64,000 nt of DNA from a bacterium (GTDB lineage: Bacteria > RBG-13-61-14 > DATKZS01): positions 1-64,000 of the forward strand of contig CAXXFL010000004.1 in NCBI GenBank assembly GCA_963674965.2, written 5' to 3'. The notes under the pieces are model-generated. The model made no database searches. It saw only the letters and a program-made list of their open reading frames with translations, and had not been told where the DNA came from. Made by a program: the position numbers and the translations under genes. Positions 48,311-58,488 of this stretch are shown here, piece by piece; within the stretch, counting starts at the first letter, position 1; each line of letters starts with the position of its first letter.

Positions 48311-49525
48311 TCAGATGACGCCCTTTTCGGCCAGCGCCTCGATTTCCTCGTCCGAAAGACCAAGAAGTTTCCCATACACCTCCCGGTTATGCTCGCCGAC
48401 TTTGGGTCCCCGCGAGGAAATTTCCCCGGGCGTGTCCGAAAGCTTGATCGGTATCCCGGGAACGGGTATGGGATTGCCCCGGTCGTCGGGTATGGACGCC
48501 AGCATTCCCCGCTGCCTCAGGTTTTCGTCCACGTTAACCTCGTCCACGCTCAGGACCCGGCCGCAGGGGATTTTGCACTTGTCCAGTTCCCTCTCGATCT
48601 CCTCCGAGGTCTTTCCCTCCATCCAGTCCCTCACCGCCTCCTTGATGGCGTCGCGGTGCTTGACGCGGGTGATGAGGTTGGCGAACCGCTCGTCATCCTT
48701 CAATTCGGGTTTTCCTATAAGGTCGCACATGTCGGCCCATTGCCTGTCGGTCAGGAACACGACCGCCACGTGTCCGTCCTTTGTCCGGTAAGGTTTCCAG
48801 AAAGGAAGGCCCTCCTCGCCGCCGAAAAGCTCCTCGAAGCCGCCGCCAAGGGCGGCTGACACCTTTTCTATGTCCTCGTGCATGCGCCTTTGAAAGGCCC
48901 GATAGTTATGGAAGTACATCACGTCCTGCATGCTGACGTCCACCAGTTGCCCCTTGCCGGTGGCGTCCCTGCTCCTCAGCGCGGCCATTATGCCCATGGC
49001 CGCGTAGGCGCCGGAAACGAGGTCACCGAAAAATACCCCCGGGCTGCGTTCCCTCGTCCTTTGAGCGTCCATTATTCCGCCCGTGGCCTGCGCGATGATA
49101 TCAAAGGCCACCCGGTCGGAGTGAACGGCGTTTTTCCCGAACCCCGAGATCGAGCAGTACACCAGACCCGGGTTGATCTCCCTCAGGTCCTCGTATGAAA
49201 GCCCGCATTTCTCCATCGCGCCGGGGGCCAGGTTCTCGATCAGAACGTCGAAATCCCGGATCATTTTTTTGACCATGTCCCTGCCCTCGGGCGTCCTGAT
49301 ATTCAGGGTGATGCCTTTTTTATTGCGATGCCAGTGTGACATGGACTCGGCCTGGCCCGGCACCAGCATGACCCAGAGCCGCATGGTCTCGCCTCCGGGC
49401 GGCTCAACCTTTACCACTTCGGCCCCGAAGTCGGCCAGTATCTGGGAGGCCCGAGGTCCGCTTAAGAACATAGAAAAATCAAGTACTTTAACACCAGAAA
49501 AAGGCGAGGATACTTCTTTCGCCAT
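48311..49525 (-). CDS. Family III CoA-transferase (CaiB/BaiF)
   Basis: VLDFS; LADFGAEVVKVEPPGGE; RNKKGITL; CSISGFG; FGDLVSG. Confidence 0.92.
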   Translation of the reverse strand: MAKEVSSPFSGVKVLDFSMFLSGPRASQILADFGAEVVKVEPPGGETMRLWVMLVPGQAESMSHWHRNKKGITLNIRTPEGRDMVKKMIRDFDVLIENLAPGAMEKCGLSYEDLREINPGLVYCSISGFGKNAVHSDRVAFDIIAQATGGIMDAQRTRERSPGVFFGDLVSGAYAAMGIMAALRSRDATGKGQLVDVSMQDVMYFHNYRAFQRRMHEDIEKVSAALGGGFEELFGGEEGLPFWKPYRTKDGHVAVVFLTDRQWADMCDLIGKPELKDDERFANLITRVKHRDAIKEAVRDWMEGKTSEEIERELDKCKIPCGRVLSVDEVNVDENLRQRGMLASIPDDRGNPIPVPGIPIKLSDTPGEISSRGPKVGEHNREVYGKLLGLSDEEIEALAEKGVI

Positions 49526-49804
49526 TTTATAGAACTCCTTTTCTTCCTTATAATATCATACATATTTTTTAACATCCGGTAAGGAAACAGTCAAATCAAG
49601 CGGCCAAAAACCATCGGGAAAAGGTAAATCGAAATAGGGCAAAATTCCCGGGGCGCCTCCTCGGCGGCCCTCCCGATTCGATTAATCCGGAATCCATGTT
49701 AGGATATTTCTTGTCACCCCGGTCGGGATCGCGACCTTAATACTTCGCTTCCGGCGTTTATTAAGTCGCGCGCCCTAACGTTATTTATATGAAAGGTTTG
49801 GCAC

Positions 49805-50842
49805 ATGGCTCATCGCGATAGAATCGGCCTGGCGCTGGGAGGAGGCGCGGCCCGGGGAATATCGCATATAGGCGTGCTTTCGGTGCTGGAGCAAAAGGGC
49901 GTCAAAATCGACGTTGTCGCGGGCACGAGCATGGGCGCCATCGTGGGCGCGCTATATCTTCTGGAGGGAAGCGCGGAGAAGCTGATCGACCGCATGTACG
50001 CGCTTTTCCAGAGCGCGGCCTTCTCTGAGGCGAACTTCGACCAACTCCGGGAGCGCCGGGCGGAGGAGGACCTGACCTGGATCGGGTCGATGACCGGCCT
50101 GATCAGGCGCGGCTACAAATACTCTCTTTCCGTGACCCGCCAGTCCATCATCAAACACGAGACGTTCAAGGCCATCATCGAGGAGATGGTCCCGGACATA
50201 TCGATCGAGGACCTGCCCAGACCCTTCGCCGCCGTCAGCCTGGACGTGGTGGCGGGGGAGGAGATCGTCTGGACCAAGGGTTCCTTGCGGGACGCGCTTT
50301 GGGCCTCCTCGGCCATCCCGGGTTTCTTCCCACCCCTCGAGATCGACGGCATGATCCTGGTGGACGGGGCCTGGACCAACGCCGTGCCGGTCAAGCCCGC
50401 CCTGGACCTTGGCGCGGACAAGGTGATCGCCGTGGATATCTCCCGCGAGGTGGAGGAACTGGTAAAGTTCAAGCGTGGCATAAGCCTTATTCTCCGCTCC
50501 GCCATCATCGCCTCGAAGCGGCTGCGCGAGGTGCAGATTCAGAACGCGGACCTGGTCATACGTCCCGACGTGGGCGACGTCCACTGGGCCGACTTTTCCA
50601 ATCCCGAGAGAATAATGCAGAAGGGCAAAGACGCGGCCTACGTATCGCTTGACTTTATCAGTGAAATCGTCCGGCCGCCCTCGCGCGTGGAGGACATAGT
50701 CAGAGGGTTTGGAGAAGGGCTTCGCAAGAAAGTAGAGACCGGCTTGACCAAGGCCCTGACCCGTCCAGCTTCTCCCGCCAAAGGGCCGGAAAAATCACAG
50801 AAAAAACCAAGCCTCCTTGACAGCGAAACCGTGGGGGATTAA
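49805..50842 (+). CDS. Patatin-like phospholipase
   Basis: LGGGAARG; GTSMG; LVDGA. Confidence 0.92.
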   Translation: MAHRDRIGLALGGGAARGISHIGVLSVLEQKGVKIDVVAGTSMGAIVGALYLLEGSAEKLIDRMYALFQSAAFSEANFDQLRERRAEEDLTWIGSMTGLIRRGYKYSLSVTRQSIIKHETFKAIIEEMVPDISIEDLPRPFAAVSLDVVAGEEIVWTKGSLRDALWASSAIPGFFPPLEIDGMILVDGAWTNAVPVKPALDLGADKVIAVDISREVEELVKFKRGISLILRSAIIASKRLREVQIQNADLVIRPDVGDVHWADFSNPERIMQKGKDAAYVSLDFISEIVRPPSRVEDIVRGFGEGLRKKVETGLTKALTRPASPAKGPEKSQKKPSLLDSETVGD

Positions 50843-50904
50843 AATGTACGCGTTAGGGAGCTTAACCGGCTGAAATTAAACGAGGGTTGACACGGAGGTT
50901 AATT

Positions 50905-51174
50905 ATGTCGGGGTTGATTACCGATCCTCAAAGAGCGCGCCGACTTGCAAGGGCCATAGTATCGGACGTGCATCTTTATAATCCGGACAAGATCAAGGAA
51001 GGAATCGAAAACGACAACCTCTTCGAGGCCATCGAGGAAGAACTCGAGGAAGGGAGGGAATTGTACCGCTCCCGCGTCTCTCCCGAGATATTCGAGAACC
51101 ACAATTTTTACGACCTGGCCATCGTGGACGTGCTTTTCAAGTACACGAAAAAATATCAATCCAAAATATGGTAG
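50905..51174 (+). CDS. Small conserved-looking hypothetical protein
   Basis: GGAGG RBS; ARRLARAIVSDVHLYN...EEGRELY. Confidence 0.7.
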   Translation: MSGLITDPQRARRLARAIVSDVHLYNPDKIKEGIENDNLFEAIEEELEEGRELYRSRVSPEIFENHNFYDLAIVDVLFKYTKKYQSKIW

Positions 51175-51180
51175 CCTCAA

Positions 51181-52170
51181 TTGGCCGAAATAACGGTAGA
51201 CTCCAAGGATACTCCCTCTCCAATCAGAATCGATAAATACCTCACCGGGCGGCGGGACGGCCCATCCCGGTCACGCGTGAAAAAACTGCTAGAGCAAGGT
51301 GAAGTGCTCCTTAACGGCGAGCCGGCCAAGCCCAGCGCCAAGGTACGGGGGGGGGACACCATCGTCTTCAACCTGCCGCCTCCTTCCCGTACCGAGCTGG
51401 CGCCCGAGCAAATAGACCTGACCGTAATCCATGAGGACCGGGATATCATCGTGTTCGACAAACCGGCCGGACTGATGACCCATCCCACTTCCTCGACCAC
51501 CACCGGCACGCTGGTAAACGCCCTCCTCCATCACTGCGGGGACCTCTCCGGTATCGGCGGGGAAATCAAGCCCGGCATAGTCCATCGCCTGGACAAGCTG
51601 ACCTCCGGGGTCATGGTGGCCGCGAAAAACGACAAGGCCCACGCCGGCCTGGCCGCGCAGTTTAAGAAACACTCGATCGAGCGCAAATATCTGGCCATAG
51701 CCTACGGCGAGACCCGCGACCTTACCGGGACCATCGAGAGCCTGATCGCTCGCGACCCGAGAAAGAGGACCCAGATGACCACTCGCGTCACCCGGGGCAG
51801 GAGGGCCGTGACCCGTTACCGGACGCTGTCCAGGTCCATGGGGTTCAGCCTGATCGAGCTGACGCTCGAGACGGGCAGGACCCATCAAATCCGCGTCCAT
51901 TTATCCGAGATGAACCACCCCGTGGCGGGAGACCCCGTATACGGCGGGGGCAGGACCCCGCCGGGCAAGCTCGATCAAAGCGCTCGGGCCGCCGTGCTCG
52001 GGCTCAAGCGGCAGGCCCTTCACGCTTATCATCTTGGTTTTATCCACCCCGTCTCGGGGGAGGAAATGGCTTTTCGGTCGCCGCTGCCGCCGGACATGGA
52101 GACCGCCGCCTCAGCCCTGAACCTCCTGGAGGGGATCGACCTGCCCAGGCGGCCGGCCCGAATAAAATGA
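51181..52170 (+). CDS. rluD: RluA-family 23S rRNA pseudouridine synthase
   Basis: S4 domain; PGIVHRLDKLTSG; LETGRTHQIRVH; RQALHA; adjacent to pgeF. Confidence 0.9.
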   Translation: MAEITVDSKDTPSPIRIDKYLTGRRDGPSRSRVKKLLEQGEVLLNGEPAKPSAKVRGGDTIVFNLPPPSRTELAPEQIDLTVIHEDRDIIVFDKPAGLMTHPTSSTTTGTLVNALLHHCGDLSGIGGEIKPGIVHRLDKLTSGVMVAAKNDKAHAGLAAQFKKHSIERKYLAIAYGETRDLTGTIESLIARDPRKRTQMTTRVTRGRRAVTRYRTLSRSMGFSLIELTLETGRTHQIRVHLSEMNHPVAGDPVYGGGRTPPGKLDQSARAAVLGLKRQALHAYHLGFIHPVSGEEMAFRSPLPPDMETAASALNLLEGIDLPRRPARIK

Positions 52171-52904
52171 GCATTATTAATATAAATGGAAGGCGTTTCA
52201 TACGGCTCGACGCGCTCGAGACGCGCGGCATAACGCACGGCTTCGGGACCCTGGACCTGGGGGAGGACAAGGAAACGGCCGAGGCGGCCATTGTCTCGAT
52301 CTTGCCGGGCGCGCTTGCGGTGGCCTCGGTAAAGCAGGTCCATGGCGTCAACGCGGTGGTGGTGATTAACGCCCAGGAGGCGGAGGCGGCCAAGGAAGTC
52401 CAGGCTGACGTCGTCATCGCCGCGGGCAAAGGCGTGGCCGCGACGGTGCGCACGGCCGACTGCGTCCCGATCCTGATCGCCGACCCCGAGCGGCGGGTGG
52501 TCGCGGCCGTTCACGCGGGCTGGAAGGGAACGGTCCTGGGAGCGGCCGCCGAGGCCGTGAAGATAATGGTCCGGGACCGCGGCTGCAGGGCGGGTGACAT
52601 GGCCGCGGGCATAGGCCCCTGCATAGGCCCGGAAAGATACCAGGTGGACGGACCGGTTATAAGCGGGATAATGGAGGCCATGGGAAGCGCGAGTGATCGG
52701 GTACTACTGCCGGACCCCGAGCCGGGCAAGGCCAGGCTCGACCTTTCCCTCGCCAACCGTATCGTCCTCGAGCGAGCGGGATTGGAGCCATCCCGCGTTC
52801 AGGAGACGCGTCTTTGTACCTTCGACAACCCGGACCTCTTCTTTTCCTACCGCAGGCAGGGCGAGGGCGTGCCCTCCCTCCATCACTTCATCGCCCTGGT
52901 CTAG
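52167..52904 (+). CDS. pgeF: Peptidoglycan editing factor / purine nucleoside phosphorylase YfiH family
   Basis: QVHG; TADCVPIL; VHAGWKG; IGPCIG; FFSYRR; ATGA overlap with rluD. Confidence 0.9.
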   Translation: MSIININGRRFIRLDALETRGITHGFGTLDLGEDKETAEAAIVSILPGALAVASVKQVHGVNAVVVINAQEAEAAKEVQADVVIAAGKGVAATVRTADCVPILIADPERRVVAAVHAGWKGTVLGAAAEAVKIMVRDRGCRAGDMAAGIGPCIGPERYQVDGPVISGIMEAMGSASDRVLLPDPEPGKARLDLSLANRIVLERAGLEPSRVQETRLCTFDNPDLFFSYRRQGEGVPSLHHFIALV

Positions 52905-52911
52905 GGTCCGC

Positions 52912-54318
52912 TTATTTCACGATCTCGTAACAGGGTTTGTAAACGCCGGTAAGTCTCATCCTGCCGTCCTCGACGAAGGACTGGAGCAACCGGTCGATCT
53001 CGGCCAGGATGGCCGCGTCTCCCGTGACGCGGAAAGGCCCCTTTTCCTCGACCGCCCTGATTCCGTCGGGCTTGACGTTGCCCTCCACCACCGCCGAGAA
53101 CACCCGGCGCAGGGTAGCGGCGTAGGCGTAGGTCTCGGAGCGCCCGCGGACCTCGAGCCCGGCCACGCTCTCGTGGGTGACCACGAAATGCTCCTGGAAA
53201 ACGGGCGGGATAAAAAGGCCCCGGTTGTAGTAATAGGAATCACGCGTTTTCTCCCGGTGACGCCTGACCTCGAGGATGCCCTTGTTCATCTCCATGGCCA
53301 CCTTGTCCGGGTCGCCAAGTATCAACTGGTACCTGTTCGTCACCTCCTCGCCCAAAGTGGCCTTGAGGAAGGCGTCGATATCGTGGAAATACCTGGCGCT
53401 CGACTCGGGACCGGTCAGAATAAGGGGAAAGGGCATGTCCCGGTTGTCGGGGTGGGAAAGCACGCCCAGGATGTACATCAGTTCCTCGGCCGTGCCCGCT
53501 CCGCCGGGGAATATGACTACGCCGTGGCCGAGCCGGACGAAGGCCTCGAGCCGCTTCTCGATGTCGGGCATGATCACGAGAGGATCGACTATCGGGTTGG
53601 GGGCCTCGCTGGATATGATGCCCGGCTCGGTGATGCCGATGTAGCGCCCGTTCCCTATGCGCTGCTTCGAGTGGGCGATGGTCGCGCCCTTCATCGGGCC
53701 CTTCATGGCCCCCGGGCCGCAGCCGGTGATCACGTCCATTTTGCGCAGCCCGCACTGGTAGCCCACCTCCTTGGTGTAGTCGTACTCCTCGAGCCGGATG
53801 GCGTGGCCGCCCCAGCATACAACCGTCTTGTGGCGGCTCGGCCCGTCGAATATGCCCGCGTTCCGAAGTATAAGGAAGACCGCGTCGGTGATGCCCTCGG
53901 GGCACGACATGTCGAACTTGCCCGTCCGCTCGACCTCGCTTCTTACAAAGACCATGTCGCGGAGCACGGCGAAGAGGTTCTGCCTGATGCCCTCGATGAT
54001 GCCGTGGGTCACGACGGGCTTTTCGTCCTCGAGTTCCTCGTAGGCCACGAAGGCCTCGGCCGGGGCGTTATAAAGTCGAATCTCTATCCCGCCGGCCGTG
54101 CGGGCCACTTCCATGTTGAAGTCCTTGTAAATCTCGAGCAGGGTCTTGACGTCGTCCCTTTCCTCGCCGTGCACCAGCACCGCCAGGGCCAGCCGGTCAA
54201 GGAGAGCGGCCGAGTAATGGTTGGACTCCATGAACAGGCCGTCTATCTCGGACGGCGAAAGGGTCTCGAGGGGAGTGTTCTCCGGTGTGACCACGTACTT
54301 CGCTATTGTCTGGGCCAT
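52912..54318 (-). CDS. ppnN: Nucleotide 5'-monophosphate nucleosidase (LOG family)
   Basis: VCWGGH; TGCGPGAMKGPMKGA; MPDIEKRLEAF; PGGAGTAEE; YKPCYEI. Confidence 0.9.
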   Translation of the reverse strand: MAQTIAKYVVTPENTPLETLSPSEIDGLFMESNHYSAALLDRLALAVLVHGEERDDVKTLLEIYKDFNMEVARTAGGIEIRLYNAPAEAFVAYEELEDEKPVVTHGIIEGIRQNLFAVLRDMVFVRSEVERTGKFDMSCPEGITDAVFLILRNAGIFDGPSRHKTVVCWGGHAIRLEEYDYTKEVGYQCGLRKMDVITGCGPGAMKGPMKGATIAHSKQRIGNGRYIGITEPGIISSEAPNPIVDPLVIMPDIEKRLEAFVRLGHGVVIFPGGAGTAEELMYILGVLSHPDNRDMPFPLILTGPESSARYFHDIDAFLKATLGEEVTNRYQLILGDPDKVAMEMNKGILEVRRHREKTRDSYYYNRGLFIPPVFQEHFVVTHESVAGLEVRGRSETYAYAATLRRVFSAVVEGNVKPDGIRAVEEKGPFRVTGDAAILAEIDRLLQSFVEDGRMRLTGVYKPCYEIVK

Positions 54319-54434
54319 AATCGTTCCTTTATTATCGCGCGTATATCGGCCCCCCTGGAGGAGGGACCGTCAAGCTAACATGTTAAGGCAATCGGCCCGG
54401 GAAGCCAAACTGATTGAAGACTGGAAGGCAAGAT

Positions 54435-54472
54435 AAAAACCAGCGGCGCGAGAGGCAATCCCGCGCCGCCTG
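54435..54472 (-). terminator. Probable intrinsic terminator of the fibre-like gene
   Basis: gcggcgcg / cgcgccgc stem followed by a T-run on the minus strand. Confidence 0.55.
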
Positions 54473-54493
54473 ACGCGATTATCCACGCAATAT

Positions 54494-57400
54494 TTAAAAC
54501 TTCTCCTGCTTGGGCTTTTTCTCCTTGTTGTTCTTCCATCCTTTTTCCTCGAAGAGCTTTTCGTTGACCTTTCCTTCCTGGTCCAGGATGCCGTTTTTCT
54601 TGAAAATCTGTTTTACTCCCTCGGAATGCTTGTCGTAGAATTCCTGGGTGGTCGTCTCGCTTTCGTCCATGTCCGCGTTGTTGCCCTGGAAGGGGACGTA
54701 ATCCACGTTCTTGATTATGGGCTGGTATTCCTCGTAGCCCAGCCTCTTGCCCATGACCATGAAGTCGAACTCCACGTTGCTCGTGCCACCGCGGAACTCC
54801 TTGACCACTATCCTCTCGTTGCTCTTCTCGGCCACCATGATGCCGTTGCAGTCCCCCAGGGCCCCCAGCGTGACCGTCACCGGATAGTCGGGGCTGGTGG
54901 CCTTGCGGAAGTGGTCGGGAAGAATCACCTCGGCCACCCCGTTCTCGAGGCGGGCCGTTCCGCGCCAGTAAGTCCCGTTCTCGCCGCCCTCGAGGGTGGC
55001 GTAAACGATGGACTGGTCCGGGTCCTCGGGGTCGGGGTTGACCCAGTTCTTGGTCCCCGCCGACACGTAAAGACCATAAGCCGTACTATTGCTATAGGCC
55101 GACAGATAAGCGCCGTACGCGGAGCCCGTCGCGCCCGAGGCGTCGGCGTCAGCCGTTCCTCTCAACCCGTAAACCGATGAGGCCCCGTAACCGAAAGCGC
55201 TAGCGTTTACTCCATAGCTGATTCCCTGACTGTAGCTATAATAGCGGCCTCCATATCTTGTAAACGTCTCATCCGAGGCGCCGGACACGGCGTAAATCCC
55301 GTAATAACTAGTCGCCAGCGTAACGTAATGATCGTAAGCATCCGTGCTCAAAGCGGCGTAAAGGGGAGTTTCAGCGGACTCGGCATAGACGCCGTAATTG
55401 ATTCCGGCGGCTGAAGTCCCGGTGGAGAAATAACCTCCGTAGGCATAGTCGTCGCCGGAGTATCCATATCCATAGACCCCATAAGATTCGCCGACCGAAT
55501 TGTACGCGTAACCTCTCACGCCATAAGCCGTTTCTCCGGATGAGTTTCCGCTGGCGGACCCGAAAACTCCATACTTGTCTCCATCACCGTTGCTGCCGGT
55601 GTAAAAATAACCTCCATAGACGTCTCCATCGCCTTCGTTGAAACTGTTTGCTCTTACTCCGTACGCGGTACTGGGTCCGTATCCATGAGCGATGCCGAAT
55701 ACTCCATAGGCGATGCCTTGGCTATATCCTAAAAAATAGCCGCCGTATCTGGTTGACGTCTCGTCCGAGGCTCCACTCCTGCCGTAAACCCCGTATGTCG
55801 CTGAGCCAAGATAGCCTAAATGATCGCCTGGGTCGCCGGCCAACGCGCCGTAAACGCCAACGCCGGTTCCAGATAACATTGCCCCATAATAGGCCGCGGT
55901 AGAGTCGCCGTTTATTATTCCGCAACTGGAATCTGGAGCGACGCCAAGGCCAATGTTGCCCCCCCCTATATACGCGTCGCCGCCGGTGGATAAATAGTCC
56001 CCGATATACGCGTCGTCCGTTACGTAAACGTCGTTGTCCACCTCGAGCGCGTCCTCCACGTAAAGGTCGCCGTCGCCGCCAACGTAATCCTCGGTACCGG
56101 AACTCCCGACGTGCACAAGGCCTCCCTGGAACCAGCCCGCGTAATCGTCATACACGGCCGAGAAAACGCCGTAATGCGTGCCCGTGCCCGCGCTGGAAGT
56201 TGAAAAATAACCTCCGTACGCGTTCCCGGTGGAGCTGTTGTATCCGAACCCATTTACTCCTTGCGCTTCATAGGAGCCGTAGCCATAGCCCGCCGCGAAC
56301 GCTCCATATGAACTTGATTGGCTGTACGATAAAAACCTGCCGCCATATCTGTTTGCAGTCTCATCGCTGTTTCCGCTTCTGCCGTAAACGCCATACTGCA
56401 CCGAGCCGAGGTATCCGTAATGATCGGCTGGGTCGCCGGCGTACGCTCCATAAACGCCCGAGTCGCTCCCATACAAATACGCTCCATAACTGGGCGCGCC
56501 GGCGGAAACGTTCAGAACGCCGTAGGTCGAGCTTGGCGCCGTGCCAAGGCCAATGTTGCCTCCGCCTATGTACGCGTCGCCCCCGGCGGAAAGATAGTCC
56601 CCTATAAAGGCGTCGTCCGCCACGTAGACGTCGTTGTCGACCTCGAGCAGGTCCTCAACGTATACGTCGCCCTCTCCGTCAACGTAGTCCTCGCTGCCAT
56701 AGCTTCCCACGTGCACCACGCCGCCGGCGAACCACCCGGAATAATCGTCCGCGTTGGCGTATACTCCATAATGCGTGCCCGTGCCGTTCGGCAGAGACTC
56801 GAACATGGCGGCATACACGGACCCGGAGTCGTAGTTGACCGCCTGGGTATGCACGCCAACCGCCGGGTCGGAACCGTAACCATAAGCGAAACCGGAGACT
56901 CCATAGGCGTAGCCCTGGCTGGTCCCCTGGAAAGCCCCGCCCGTTCTCTGGCTCGTGGCGGCGGAGGAACCGGCGTTGCCGAAAACTCCCCAATACTCTT
57001 CGCCTAAAGTGCCGTAATTATTGTAATCCCCGGCCCAGCCGCCTAAAACGCCTAAATAGTTACCGGCTAAATCCGCCCCGTAATCGGGAGGGGACGCGTA
57101 GTCGTTCATGATGCTGAATTGATCGTCGGGCATGCGGCCGATTCCGATGTTATTGCCCAGCACCGCCACGTCGCCCTGCACGATGAGGTCCTGGCCCAGG
57201 TTTACCCGGCCGCCAACGTCGAGTGCCCCCGTAATGGTGTCGCCAGAGGACGCCACGTAGGCGTCGGGGGCCTGCCCGCCAAGCTGGCCCGAGTCCTGGG
57301 CGAAGACGATGGTGATATCGTCGGGCACCTGGGCGTCAGTGGCCTGGCCGGTAATCTCGGTGAAGTCGTGGGTATGACCGACAAGAGAGAAGGCTGACAA

Positions 57401-58033
57401 TGAATAGCCGTCAAGAGTGACCGCCTCGTCCGCCTTCATGGCAAAGGGGACCGAGGTCAGCCGTTGCCTTGGGGAGAGGACCTCCAGGTTGGCCTCCACC
57501 TCGAGGTATATGCTCGAGCTATCGAGCAGGGAGGCGTCAAGGCTCGAGTACTCCCCAAGCTGGACGTGGTAAAGACCGTTTACAACATCCACCGCCTGGG
57601 TCTCGCTCCATATCTCGGAGCCATAGTCGGTCCAGTCGTAATCGACCTCCACGCTCTGACCGTCAAGGATAAAACCGGTGGGCACGCGAGTGATGGTTCC
57701 GTTTACGTAATCCATCACGTAGTCGCGGGGAGACTCGTAGGTGGGAACGCCTCCAACCGCCGTCACCAACTCGCTCCCGCCGGAAATGTCAAGATGGCCG
57801 AGGGAGACGGCCGTGGCGCCGTTCATGACCGCGACCTCGTCCGTCACCTGCTCCAGGGTCACCTCCTTGTCCCAAAGCGAGAATTCCATGGCCAGGGCCG
57901 CCTCGTTCACCGGTTGGCCGGTCCCGTCAAAGAGGCGTCCCTGGTAATTGATCAGGCCGGGAACTCCTTGAGCCATGACCGCCAAGGAAGCCGTTAAGAT
58001 CGATAACGCTACAACCCACTTTGCCTTAGTCAT
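54494..58033 (-). CDS. Large secreted Gly/Tyr-rich repeat protein, fibre/adhesin-like
   Basis: Signal peptide; INYQGRL and LSPRQRLTSVPFA N-terminal module; YGxY repeats; ~200-aa internal duplication; globular C-terminal domain. Confidence 0.75.
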   Translation of the reverse strand: MTKAKWVVALSILTASLAVMAQGVPGLINYQGRLFDGTGQPVNEAALAMEFSLWDKEVTLEQVTDEVAVMNGATAVSLGHLDISGGSELVTAVGGVPTYESPRDYVMDYVNGTITRVPTGFILDGQSVEVDYDWTDYGSEIWSETQAVDVVNGLYHVQLGEYSSLDASLLDSSSIYLEVEANLEVLSPRQRLTSVPFAMKADEAVTLDGYSLSAFSLVGHTHDFTEITGQATDAQVPDDITIVFAQDSGQLGGQAPDAYVASSGDTITGALDVGGRVNLGQDLIVQGDVAVLGNNIGIGRMPDDQFSIMNDYASPPDYGADLAGNYLGVLGGWAGDYNNYGTLGEEYWGVFGNAGSSAATSQRTGGAFQGTSQGYAYGVSGFAYGYGSDPAVGVHTQAVNYDSGSVYAAMFESLPNGTGTHYGVYANADDYSGWFAGGVVHVGSYGSEDYVDGEGDVYVEDLLEVDNDVYVADDAFIGDYLSAGGDAYIGGGNIGLGTAPSSTYGVLNVSAGAPSYGAYLYGSDSGVYGAYAGDPADHYGYLGSVQYGVYGRSGNSDETANRYGGRFLSYSQSSSYGAFAAGYGYGSYEAQGVNGFGYNSSTGNAYGGYFSTSSAGTGTHYGVFSAVYDDYAGWFQGGLVHVGSSGTEDYVGGDGDLYVEDALEVDNDVYVTDDAYIGDYLSTGGDAYIGGGNIGLGVAPDSSCGIINGDSTAAYYGAMLSGTGVGVYGALAGDPGDHLGYLGSATYGVYGRSGASDETSTRYGGYFLGYSQGIAYGVFGIAHGYGPSTAYGVRANSFNEGDGDVYGGYFYTGSNGDGDKYGVFGSASGNSSGETAYGVRGYAYNSVGESYGVYGYGYSGDDYAYGGYFSTGTSAAGINYGVYAESAETPLYAALSTDAYDHYVTLATSYYGIYAVSGASDETFTRYGGRYYSYSQGISYGVNASAFGYGASSVYGLRGTADADASGATGSAYGAYLSAYSNSTAYGLYVSAGTKNWVNPDPEDPDQSIVYATLEGGENGTYWRGTARLENGVAEVILPDHFRKATSPDYPVTVTLGALGDCNGIMVAEKSNERIVVKEFRGGTSNVEFDFMVMGKRLGYEEYQPIIKNVDYVPFQGNNADMDESETTTQEFYDKHSEGVKQIFKKNGILDQEGKVNEKLFEEKGWKNNKEKKPKQEKF

Positions 58034-58488
58034 TTTTCCTTCCCCCTTTTAACCAGTACGGTCGAAGAGTCGGCGAAAACGCAAAAAGGTTATTCCGAGA
58101 AACCTCCGCCTTCAGGAACCTTTCGATGAAAACGTCCCCACAATGATTAGCTTAAAGACTTTTTGATGGCTCGCTCGAACGCGGCCGCCTTAACCATTTC
58201 GCCCCCGCGCTAAAAGACAGCCGCAAAATCCCTGTGGGAAAAACCTAACATAGTCATTGATCGATTACAATACGGCATCGGTCATAATTATGCTCTCGAT
58301 TCCAGGTTATTGGCGGTAGGAGGACAAACCGCCACGAGCCGTACATCTCAAGTTTTGCAAAATGGGGGAAGTCTACGAAAAAAGCGGCCTCTTGATATTT
58401 TATCAGCCGCGATACAAACTGGACGAGAGACGCTCGGCGGAATATCCATTTGCCGCCCTGGCCATTCCCTTGAAGGAGGAGTAACCAA

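Noticed and set aside
58040-58488. Riboswitch upstream of the methyltransferase
   Set aside because: Small hairpins are present but no SAM, TPP or glycine consensus could be matched
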